A stretch of 64,000 nt of DNA from Ilumatobacteraceae bacterium (GTDB lineage Bacteria > Actinomycetota > Acidimicrobiia > Acidimicrobiales > Ilumatobacteraceae), in the NCBI GenBank assembly GCA_035557475.1, contig DATMDV010000370.1, positions 2,336 to 66,335 of the forward strand, read 5' to 3'. The translations under genes were made by a program, and so were the position numbers. Positions 37,012-45,120 of the stretch are shown in pieces. The notes beneath the pieces are model-generated. The model did not search any database. It saw nothing but the letters and a program-made list of their open reading frames with translations, and was not told the origin of the DNA. The stretch's first letter is position 1. Every line of letters begins with the position of its first letter.

Positions 37012-37979
37012 GCGTGGCGTCGTCGTTGTTGGAGCGAGGTGTGGCCGTGGTGTCCATCGACACCGAGCTGGCGTGGGGCGAGTCGCACCACCGCGACGGC
37101 ACCGGGCCGCGACGCGACTACTCCTCGGAGCGCGGGGTCATCGACCAGATCCTCGCCGTGTTCGATCGCTACGACATCTCGGCGACGTGGGCCATCGTCG
37201 GCCACCTGTTCCTCGATCAGTGCGCGGCGGTCGAGGGTCTGCCGCATCCCGAGATCGTGCGCCCGGAATCTCCGTCGTCGGGCGGCGACTGGTTCGACAT
37301 CGACCCCTGCTCGACGCTCTCGGCCGACCCCGCGTACTACGGCCGCGACATCGTGGCCGCGATCCGCAGGAGTCGTGTCCCGCACGAGATCGGCTGTCAT
37401 TCGTTCTCGCACCTGATCGCCGACGGCTGCGGCGAAGCCGCGTTCGGATCCGACCTCGCCGCGTGCCAGGCGGTCGCTGCCGCGGAAGGGCTCGACGTGC
37501 GCTCGTTCGTGTACCCCCGCAACGCAATCGCGCACATCGACATGCTGCGCGGGCACGGATTCATCAGCTACCGCGGGTCGGCGGCGGCGTCGGTCAGCTC
37601 GGCCGGGCGCCTCGTCCGCTACGCCGATCGGCTGCGCCCACTGGCCAGGTCGGCCGTGGTGCCGGCCCTTCACCCGAGCGGCGTGTGGAACGTGCCGCAG
37701 ACCTACCTGTTCGCGCCGGCGACCCGCGCCCGCCACGTGCCGGTCGGGCTGTGGGCGCGACGGCCGATCGCCCGGATGCGCCTCGCGACGCGGGAGCGGT
37801 CGCTGTTCCACCTGTGGTTCCACCCGTACAACGTCACGGCCGCGCCCGACCGCGCGTTGCACGGGTTGGAGGCGATCTGCCGGGCCGCGGCCCGTCTGCG
37901 TGATGCGGGCCGGCTCGACATCCTGACGATGGGCGCCCTGGCTGCCCGCCTCGAGGCTGATCGGCCCGACGCCACCTAG
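37008..37979 (+). CDS. polysaccharide deacetylase (CE4-like)
   Basis: ATGA overlap with the GT4 gene. VVSIDTELAWG, ISATWAIVGHLF, IGCHSFSHL (His motifs of the NodB/CE4 type). Confidence 0.7.
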   Translation: MSVASSLLERGVAVVSIDTELAWGESHHRDGTGPRRDYSSERGVIDQILAVFDRYDISATWAIVGHLFLDQCAAVEGLPHPEIVRPESPSSGGDWFDIDPCSTLSADPAYYGRDIVAAIRRSRVPHEIGCHSFSHLIADGCGEAAFGSDLAACQAVAAAEGLDVRSFVYPRNAIAHIDMLRGHGFISYRGSAAASVSSAGRLVRYADRLRPLARSAVVPALHPSGVWNVPQTYLFAPATRARHVPVGLWARRPIARMRLATRERSLFHLWFHPYNVTAAPDRALHGLEAICRAAARLRDAGRLDILTMGALAARLEADRPDAT

Positions 37980-38001
37980 CGGCCCTGAGGCCGGGGCGGT
38001 G

Positions 38002-38964
38002 TCACCCGCGGTCGAAGACGCGACCGACTCGGCGCCGCACCCGGTGGACCTGCCACCGGCACCAACGGGCGGCGACATCGCGCCGGACCGACGCCGACGG
38101 GCGCCGTTCTTGTCGCTCGTAGCCGTGCTCCTCCAACGCCTCGCCGGCGAGCAGCTCGAAACGAGCCACGTCGACGGCGCTCAGCTCGCGCCGCCAGTCG
38201 CGCATGCCCGGCGTCGGCGGCAACGCGAGTTGACGGTGGTACTCGGGGTGACCCGTCGTGCGCATCACCTCGGCGGCGCGGTCCGAATGATCGAGCATGG
38301 CCGCCGAGAACGGCAGCTCGATGGTCGAGCACATGGCGCGCAGCTGGGTGCCGGGATCCCGCACGAGGTCCTCGTAGCGCAGTTCGAGGTAGCGACCGGC
38401 GGGCAACGCTCGTCCGGCGCGCCGGCCGCGGGTGACGCGGAGTCGCCAGTGCATCGCCGCTTCCTCGATCGAGTCGGCCCAGCCGAGCTCGAGGAACGAG
38501 CACGCCACGTCGCGCCCGTCGCGGACCAGGTGGACGAACACCGCTTCCGGGAACACTCGCGCCAGCTCGCGGATGTGGAGCACGTACACCGGCGTCTTGT
38601 CGGCGTAGCGCGACTTGCCCCGGGCCGACGCCCAGAGCCCGAAGACGTGGCGCACGGCCTGCGGGTAGTCCTGAGGCGGCGACGCCGCGAACGCGGCGGC
38701 GATGACGTCGCGCTCGATCTCCCACAGACGGAACCGCTCGCTTGCCGCGAGTTGGTCGACGAAGGCGCCGGCGTCGAATGGCCGGTTCGCAGCCCGCCCG
38801 CGCGGCGCCAGCTGGACGACGAAGTGCGATTCGGGCGGGACGGCGAGGTCGGGATGACCGTCGCACATCGCGCGCAGCAGCGTGCTGCCGGACCGGCCGC
38901 ACCCGACGATGAACGGGAACGGCGGCCGAGCCGTCGGACCCAGAGCCTCGGACCCCGGCATCAT
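38002..38964 (-). CDS. sulfotransferase, family A, paralog 2
   Basis: PPFPFIVGCGRSGSTLLRAMCDGHPDLAVP; FVHLVRDGRDVACS. Basic tail ...ARWCRWQVHRVRRRVGRVFDRG. Confidence 0.8.
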   Translation of the reverse strand: MMPGSEALGPTARPPFPFIVGCGRSGSTLLRAMCDGHPDLAVPPESHFVVQLAPRGRAANRPFDAGAFVDQLAASERFRLWEIERDVIAAAFAASPPQDYPQAVRHVFGLWASARGKSRYADKTPVYVLHIRELARVFPEAVFVHLVRDGRDVACSFLELGWADSIEEAAMHWRLRVTRGRRAGRALPAGRYLELRYEDLVRDPGTQLRAMCSTIELPFSAAMLDHSDRAAEVMRTTGHPEYHRQLALPPTPGMRDWRRELSAVDVARFELLAGEALEEHGYERQERRPSASVRRDVAARWCRWQVHRVRRRVGRVFDRG

Positions 38965-38977
38965 CAGACCGAAACCA

Positions 38978-40492
38978 TCAAACGAGATACTTGCGCAGGA
39001 TCTTGCCGAGCGGGCTGCGGGGGATCTCGTCGCGGAACTCGACGATGCGCGGCACCTTGAACGCGGCCAACTGCGCCTTGCATGCCGCCAGCAGGTCGCG
39101 GCGAAGAGGTGACTCGTCGGCTTCGGGGTCGTCGCGGACCACCACCGCCTTCACGATCTCCTCGCCGCGGTCGCCCTGCGCGCCGACGACGACGACGTCG
39201 GCGACACCCGGCTGGGCGCGGATGACCGCCTCGACCTCGAACGGGTCGACCTTGAAGCCGCTTGTCGAGATGAACAATTTCGTGCGGCCGGTCACGAACA
39301 GGTTCCCGGCGTCATCGAGGCGGCCGAGGTCGCCGGTGCGGAACCAACCGCCGTCGAACATCTCGTTCGCCGACTCGCCCTCCGCCACGTATCCCGCCGT
39401 GAGGGCATCGCTGCGGAACGTGATCTCTCCCGTCGCACCGCGGGCGTGGCAGACACCGTCGTCGTCGATGACCGCGACGTCGATGCCGCTCATCGGCCGG
39501 CCGACCGAATCCCAGCTGCCCGTCGCATCGTCGTCGAGGTTGATCGTCACCGATCCGGCCTCACTGCATCCGTAGAGCTGCCTGATCGGATGGCCGAAGC
39601 GGTCGTGGAACAGGTCGAACGTCGCCTGCGAGAGCGGCGCGCCGGCCGAGAAGCACAGCCGCAACGTCTGCAGGTCGGCACGCTGGGCGCGCCGGGTCTC
39701 GGCGAGGCTGTGGAAGATGAACGGCACGGCCGGGAACAGTGTGACCCGCTCCTGCTTGATCGCCGCCAGCGTCGCGTCGCGTTCGAACCGGCCGAGCACC
39801 AGCGGAGCTCCGGAATGGATCGCGGCGAGCAACGCGTTGCCCAGGCCGTGGGCGTGGAACAGCGCGACGACGGCGAGGATGACGTCGTCCTCGGTGACGT
39901 CGACGGTCGCCGCGAACTGGTCGGCCTCGGCCGCCAGGTTGCGGTTCGTGCGGATCATGCCCTTGGGCGTGCCGGTGGATCCCGACGAGAACGCGAACAG
40001 CGCCGGCGCGGCGGGGTCGACGGTGACGTCGTGGAATGCCGCGGTGTGTGACGTGGCGTTATCGAACGAGGCGAAGTCCTCGACCCACGGATGGCGCCGA
40101 CCCGGGGCCGTGTACGGCCGATCGCGGAGCACCGGCACGAGATCGGGCTCGGCGACGATCCCGACGACGTCGCAGCCGGCGACCTCGCAGCCGGCCAGGT
40201 GACGGCCGAGCTCCTCGGGCGTGAACAGCGGGTTGAGCGGCACCGCCATCGCGCCGAGCAGCTCGACGGCGAGGAACGTCGTGACGAAGGCGCGGTCGTT
40301 GCCGAGCACGATGGCGACGCCGCTGCCGGGCGTGATGCCGCGAGCCTGCAGCGAGCCCGCCAACTGACGGGCGTCACCGGCGAGCTCATCCCAGGTGCGG
40401 CGCTCGGATCCGTCGACCAGCGCCAGGCGATCGCCGACCCGATCGACCGTCGACGAGAACATCGCCGCCACGGTCGACGGGCGCCCCCTCAC
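38978..40492 (-). CDS. AMP-forming acyl-CoA/acyl-ACP ligase (ANL superfamily)
   Basis: AMP-binding motif FSSGSTGTPKGM, plus YGCSEAG, FRTGDLG and the C-terminal PRSPLGKILRK. Confidence 0.85.
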   Translation of the reverse strand: MRGRPSTVAAMFSSTVDRVGDRLALVDGSERRTWDELAGDARQLAGSLQARGITPGSGVAIVLGNDRAFVTTFLAVELLGAMAVPLNPLFTPEELGRHLAGCEVAGCDVVGIVAEPDLVPVLRDRPYTAPGRRHPWVEDFASFDNATSHTAAFHDVTVDPAAPALFAFSSGSTGTPKGMIRTNRNLAAEADQFAATVDVTEDDVILAVVALFHAHGLGNALLAAIHSGAPLVLGRFERDATLAAIKQERVTLFPAVPFIFHSLAETRRAQRADLQTLRLCFSAGAPLSQATFDLFHDRFGHPIRQLYGCSEAGSVTINLDDDATGSWDSVGRPMSGIDVAVIDDDGVCHARGATGEITFRSDALTAGYVAEGESANEMFDGGWFRTGDLGRLDDAGNLFVTGRTKLFISTSGFKVDPFEVEAVIRAQPGVADVVVVGAQGDRGEEIVKAVVVRDDPEADESPLRRDLLAACKAQLAAFKVPRIVEFRDEIPRSPLGKILRKYLV

Positions 40493-40746
40493 GATGCGCG
40501 CCGCCCGGCGATGTAGCTGCTCATCGATCCGAGGCTGCCGAAGTTCTCGATCGTGATCTCGCGATCGGGCACGTCGATGCCGAACGCCTCCTCGATGCCG
40601 ATCACGACGCTGAGCAGCGCTGCCGAGTCGAGACCGAGGTCGAGGAGCGACGCTCCCTCGTCGACCCTCACACCGGCGTCGAGCTGGAGTCGCTCGGCAA
40701 GGAGCGCCCGCAGCCGGTCGTCGATGTCAGCATGCTCACCGTCCAC
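40489..40746 (-). CDS. acyl carrier protein
   Basis: 85 aa. LLDLGLDSAALLSVVIGIEEAFGI contains the phosphopantetheine-attachment Ser in a DS motif. 4-nt overlap with the ligase gene. Confidence 0.8.
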   Translation of the reverse strand: MDGEHADIDDRLRALLAERLQLDAGVRVDEGASLLDLGLDSAALLSVVIGIEEAFGIDVPDREITIENFGSLGSMSSYIAGRRAS

Positions 40747-40910
40747 GTCCGCCCCTCCGCGATCGATCCTACGCCGAGCCGAGCATCGATGCGGTTTGGG
40801 TCGAGATTCTCCGCGTGGGGCGCGGAAGTCCTCGACGCAAGCGGCGTGGGGCAGACTCGCGGCAGCCCGGTAGCGCTGGGACGGGCGCTTTCGATCAGGC
40901 TGTCGGCGCC

Positions 40911-41765
40911 ATGACGATGCTCGACGCAGTGCGGACCCGGGTCCCGATGGACGTCCGGCATCGCATCGCGCAATTGCGGGTGCGGGCGCGGGTTCCGACC
41001 GGCAGATGGCGACGCCTGCCTGACCTGCTGGTGATCGGCGGCCAACGGTGCGGGACGAGCACGCTGTACCGCCACCTCGGACGGCACCCCGACGTCGCGC
41101 CGTCGCTGCGCAAGGAGGTCGAGTACTTCAGCCGTCGGTACGACCGCGGCGAGCGCTGGTATCGGGCCCATTTCGCGCTCGAAGCGCAACGTCACCGGCT
41201 GTGCTTCGAGGCGACGCCCGACTACCTGTTCCATCCGCTGGCCGCGGCGCGGGCGGCCACCGTCGTGCCCGAGGCGCGGCTCGTCGTGATGCTCCGCGAT
41301 CCGGTCGTCAGGGCGTGGTCGCACTATCACCACATGGTGGGGCTCGGTCACGAGGACCTCGAGTTCGACGCCGCCGTCGAGGCCGAGCAGGGCCGCAGTG
41401 CCGGCGATCTCGCCCGGCTGGCCGACGACCCGTTGCACGACCCGGTCGCGCTGCTGCGGTACTCGTACGTGGCGCGCGGCCGCTACGCCGAGCAGCTTTC
41501 GCGATGGTTCGAGCAGTTCCCCCGCGAACAGCTGCTCGTCGTGCGCAGCGAGGACCTCTTCGCCGATCCGCGAGCCTCGTTCCGCCGGATCCTCGACTTC
41601 GCCGGGCTGCCGCCGTGGGAGCCCGACACCTTCACCAACGTCAGCCGGCCGAGCGGTGAGCGGCCGCCGCCCATCCCATCCGCCTCCCGCGACCGCCTGA
41701 CGGAAATGTTCGAGCTCCCGAACCTCGAGCTCGCCAAGCTGCTCGGCGAAACCCCGAGCTCGTGA
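40911..41765 (+). CDS. sulfotransferase, family B, paralog 1 (heparan-sulfate sulfotransferase-like)
   Basis: LLVIGGQRCGTSTLYRHLGRHPDV, KEVEYFSRRYDRGERWYRAHF, VVMLRDPVVRAWSHY. This pattern resembles animal HS N-/3-O-sulfotransferase domains. Confidence 0.8.
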   Translation: MTMLDAVRTRVPMDVRHRIAQLRVRARVPTGRWRRLPDLLVIGGQRCGTSTLYRHLGRHPDVAPSLRKEVEYFSRRYDRGERWYRAHFALEAQRHRLCFEATPDYLFHPLAAARAATVVPEARLVVMLRDPVVRAWSHYHHMVGLGHEDLEFDAAVEAEQGRSAGDLARLADDPLHDPVALLRYSYVARGRYAEQLSRWFEQFPREQLLVVRSEDLFADPRASFRRILDFAGLPPWEPDTFTNVSRPSGERPPPIPSASRDRLTEMFELPNLELAKLLGETPSS

Positions 41766-41799
41766 AGTTTCGGTGTCCCTAGGACGCCGAAACTTCACG
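41761..41799. terminator. long perfect hairpin between convergent genes (bidirectional terminator candidate)
   Basis: CGTGAAGTTTCGG (41761-41773) pairs with CCGAAACTTCACG (41787-41799). An inner GTCC-CTA-GGAC extends the stem. The TGA of the upstream gene lies inside the 5' arm. Confidence 0.65.
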
Positions 41800-41810
41800 G
41801 GATGGCTTTG

Positions 41811-43952
41811 TCAGGTGTCGGTGGAGACCGCGTTCCATTCGGGGCGGGGGTCGCCCTGCTGGTCGCCGGGGCGGACGGTGTAGGTGGTGGTCCCGTTGAT
41901 GACGCGCAGAACGGTCTCCTCCGCCACGTCGTCGACCAGCCAGAACTCGTTGCCGGCGAACGTGCAGTTGACGAAGTCGTACAGCTGCGGATGGTCGCCG
42001 CCGTCCGGCAGCCCGATCTGGGCCACCGTGCCGCCCTGGAACGTCGAGTCGGAGATCTCGGTGACCCGTCCACCTCGGGCGAGGTGTTTCGTCACGTGCA
42101 CCGCGAAGTCGGACAGACCGGCCTGGTCGACGTACATGCGGGTGTAGGTGATCGTCTCGTCGGAGGCCTGGCCCGCCTTCGCCGGAAGGGCCGAGATCAC
42201 CACCCCGACGTTCTCGCAGGCATAGACGGTGCAGTCGTGGTACGAGACGAGGTTGGCGTACGAGCCGGCGAAGATGCCCTGACCGCAGTGATAGGCCGTG
42301 AACCCGTCGACGAGCGTGCGCGGCTTGCCGTTCTGCCAGAAGTAGATGCCGCTGTGGCGGACGTTGTGGGCCATGTTGCCCTCGAACGCCCACGTGTTGT
42401 CATCGCGCGACAGCGACGGCCAGTTGTAGCCCGCCGACGACTCCGCGCCACCCTCCACGCCGGTCGCCACGCATCCCCTGGCGATGTTGCCGTCGCCGGC
42501 GCCCATCATGAACCCGCAGAGGTTGAACTTGCTGTTGCCACCACTCTTCACGAAGCTGGCGACGCACCGCTCGTAGACGATGTTGTGCGACGGAACCAGG
42601 TCGCGTCCGCCGCCGTCGAGGCTGAGGTCCCACCAGAACGCGTCGTCGACCATGTCGTGGGCGATGCAGTCGCGGAACGTGACGCCGTTGGACAGGTGCG
42701 ACGCGAACCCGTGACCCGTCGAGTCGTACACGGAGACACCGTCGAGGAGCGATCCGCGCGAGCCGTCGTAGCCGGCATGGAAGTGGATCGCGTACCGGCC
42801 GAGGACCTCGTCCTCGCCCTTTCTCGGGCCCATGTTGCGCAGCCCGATGTGAGAGATCTGCTGCGCCGTGGTCGTCGACAGCATGATGAGGTGCGCCTTG
42901 CCACCTGGTGTCCCACCGATGACGACGTTGCGGCTGATGTTGAGGACCTCGGCCCGGTGGGTGACGCCGGGACGGACCGTCGCGGCCGGGTGGGGGAAGT
43001 CGAGTGGACGGTCGAGGCCGATCCGCGCGCCGGAGACGGACGTGACCGTGCGACGATCGTGATGCTCCCAGTGGTTGTCGACGGTGGTCGATTCGGTCGG
43101 GGTGATCACGACCTCGTCGCCGACCCGCCAGCCGGCGGCCGCGTCGACATCGATCGTCGAGTCGCCCTTGTTCGCCGCCCCGCTCAGGTTGGTCCACGCG
43201 GTCTTGGGCGTGCCATGGGCGTCGAGCACGCCGGCGGCGACCACCCACAGCCCGACGTCCGTGGCGAGCGGCTCAGCCGAGTGACCGCCGACGAAGCGAC
43301 TTTCGTCGACCTCGATGAACTCGATCTGGTGGAGGATCTGCGCCGAGGACGGGCGCAGCGTCAACTGCCCGGCCACCACCACGTTGCCTCGCGAAGCGAG
43401 CTTCCGACTGCTGGCCGGGTCGAACGTCAGCGAACCGTTTGGTCCGATGTGCACGCCGCCGACCGTGGCGTCGATGTCGAGCAACACGGGCCGGTCGATC
43501 ATCGCCGTGTCCGTCGCGCCGGGGACGCTGCCGCCCCAGGTCGCCGGGTCGCTCCAGTTCACGGCCGTCGGGTCGCCACCCGGCGGTGGTGTCGTCGTCT
43601 CGACCGGAACCGTGGTTTCGGTCCCTTCGTGGTGCCCAGTCGTCGTCGTGGCAGGGGCAGTCGTCGTGGTCGCCGTCGGCTGGGTCGTCGACGGCTGGGT
43701 CGTCGTGGTCTTGTCCGGCTTGCGGTCGCGCTCGCGTTCCTCTTTCGGAGGCTTGGTGTTGTCGGGTTCGTTCGCTCCCGACCGGCGCCCGGACCGGCCC
43801 GCCCCGGACTCCGCGTCGTCGCCGATCGTTCGCGTCACCTGCCACCCCAGCAGGGCGAGGCCACCGAAGCCGGCGATCGCGATCACCTCGCGGCGCGGGT
43901 AGGACCGCTTCGTCGGCTCACGGTCGTCGGGAACGGGGGGCGTCTCTGCCAT
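41811..43952 (-). CDS. membrane-anchored G8-domain / right-handed beta-helix protein (CEMIP/TMEM2-like candidate polysaccharide depolymerase or modifier)
   Basis: - N-terminal TM anchor: VIAIAGFGGLALLGW.
- Thr/Pro-rich linker: TTTTQPSTTQPTATTTTAPATTTT.
- G8-like segment: VNWSDPATWGGSVPGATDTAMIDRPVLLDIDATVGGVHIGPNGSLTF.
- LGRYAIHFH motif.
- Multiple beta-helix-like repeats. Confidence 0.65.
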   Translation of the reverse strand: MAETPPVPDDREPTKRSYPRREVIAIAGFGGLALLGWQVTRTIGDDAESGAGRSGRRSGANEPDNTKPPKEERERDRKPDKTTTTQPSTTQPTATTTTAPATTTTGHHEGTETTVPVETTTPPPGGDPTAVNWSDPATWGGSVPGATDTAMIDRPVLLDIDATVGGVHIGPNGSLTFDPASSRKLASRGNVVVAGQLTLRPSSAQILHQIEFIEVDESRFVGGHSAEPLATDVGLWVVAAGVLDAHGTPKTAWTNLSGAANKGDSTIDVDAAAGWRVGDEVVITPTESTTVDNHWEHHDRRTVTSVSGARIGLDRPLDFPHPAATVRPGVTHRAEVLNISRNVVIGGTPGGKAHLIMLSTTTAQQISHIGLRNMGPRKGEDEVLGRYAIHFHAGYDGSRGSLLDGVSVYDSTGHGFASHLSNGVTFRDCIAHDMVDDAFWWDLSLDGGGRDLVPSHNIVYERCVASFVKSGGNSKFNLCGFMMGAGDGNIARGCVATGVEGGAESSAGYNWPSLSRDDNTWAFEGNMAHNVRHSGIYFWQNGKPRTLVDGFTAYHCGQGIFAGSYANLVSYHDCTVYACENVGVVISALPAKAGQASDETITYTRMYVDQAGLSDFAVHVTKHLARGGRVTEISDSTFQGGTVAQIGLPDGGDHPQLYDFVNCTFAGNEFWLVDDVAEETVLRVINGTTTYTVRPGDQQGDPRPEWNAVSTDT

Positions 43953-44124
43953 TGCTGAACCTCAGTCCTTACGGCCCCGTTACACCGTCGCAGCGGCCCG
44001 GCTGAACGTATCGGGCGGATCCTGGAAAACCGCAGAAAGCGGTCGAGTAGTCACTAAACCGATTCGACACCGACACCGAGCCGACACGGAAAACACGCCC
44101 CCTTCGAACGATTTCAACTGCCCC

Positions 44125-45120
44125 CTAGAACAATTCCACATCACCGAGGCCGAGGTGCCATCGCCCCGGGTCCGGGATCGTCATCAGACCGAGGTCGCGG
44201 CACACGAGGATCGGTCCCCGACCGACGAGCGGCACGAACCCGGCCCGCGGCAGGTGGTCACCGAGCCGGACGGCATAGTCGGCCCCGGTGGCCTTCAAGA
44301 CCTGGCGGAGGAGCCGCCGGGTCACGCTTGGGTCGCCGCCGGGGACGAGCTCCTCGCACACCGCGGCCTCGACCGCCGGACCGCGCCGCCGCAACCGGAA
44401 CACGGCGAGGCCGCCGCCCGGGCCATCGATCGTGAGCGCCCGGTACCCGAGCGGTTCGAACCCGTACCGCCAGGTGAGGTACGCCGCCGACCTGTTCGTC
44501 CTCAACCCCGCTCGCGGCCCCGACTCGGGGCGCGTCTCGAGCAGCGCCGCTACTGCGCCGGCGTCGGTGAACGCCTCGACAGCGGGGACGCCGACGGTGC
44601 TCGGCACCGACCACTTGTCGGCAGCGGTCCGGGCGCGTGCGATCCGGCCGAGCGCCCGCAGCGAGCCTGGCCGAGCGAGCACGGCCAGGCGCCGCACCGG
44701 CTGCCATCCCATTGCCAGGTAACCCGGCCGGCTGCGCTCGTTGGGCGTGTTGAACACGAATGCCACGCCATCGTCGCGCAGCACGTCGAGGGCGTGGCGC
44801 GTCAGACCGGCGAACACGCCCTGGCCGCGATGGTCGGGATGGGTGGCGGTGTCGACCGCCCGCACCGCCGTGACGACCCTCCCGTCGACGAGGAACTCCC
44901 AGCGCATGAACGTGCGGAAGCCGACGACCCGGTCGGCGACGGTGGCGACCCATGCGGGCGAGGCGCCGAACGGACTCTCGTGGTGTTTCCAGGCGAAGAG
45001 GCGGGCGTGCAGTGCGTCGGGGTGCCAACCGAGCGACGACCCGAGCAACTCCAGCACGACGGCCTCGTCGGTGGGTTCGTAGCGACGCACGTCGAACTCG
45101 GCGACGCTCGAGCCGGTCAT
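44125..45120 (-). CDS. GNAT-family acetyltransferase with an extra C-terminal domain
   Basis: Starts MTGSSVAEFDVRRYEP. Acetyl-CoA motif HPDHRGQGVFAGL. The track ORF (741 aa) was trimmed to the last 331 codons. Confidence 0.7.
   Translation of the reverse strand: MTGSSVAEFDVRRYEPTDEAVVLELLGSSLGWHPDALHARLFAWKHHESPFGASPAWVATVADRVVGFRTFMRWEFLVDGRVVTAVRAVDTATHPDHRGQGVFAGLTRHALDVLRDDGVAFVFNTPNERSRPGYLAMGWQPVRRLAVLARPGSLRALGRIARARTAADKWSVPSTVGVPAVEAFTDAGAVAALLETRPESGPRAGLRTNRSAAYLTWRYGFEPLGYRALTIDGPGGGLAVFRLRRRGPAVEAAVCEELVPGGDPSVTRRLLRQVLKATGADYAVRLGDHLPRAGFVPLVGRGPILVCRDLGLMTIPDPGRWHLGLGDVELF

Noticed and set aside
43678-43705. Tandem DNA repeat GGCTGGGTCGTCG-AC-GGCTGGGTCGTCG inside the G8 gene
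   Set aside because: It is simply the coding sequence of the Thr/Gln/Pro-rich linker (TTQPS/TTQPT on the minus strand). It is not a CRISPR or intergenic repeat, although it could cause linker-length variation.
41802-43958. 718-aa ORF antisense to the G8/beta-helix gene
   Set aside because: It mirrors the real gene almost end to end. The minus-strand product has a TM anchor, linker, G8 and beta-helix features, whereas this frame has none.
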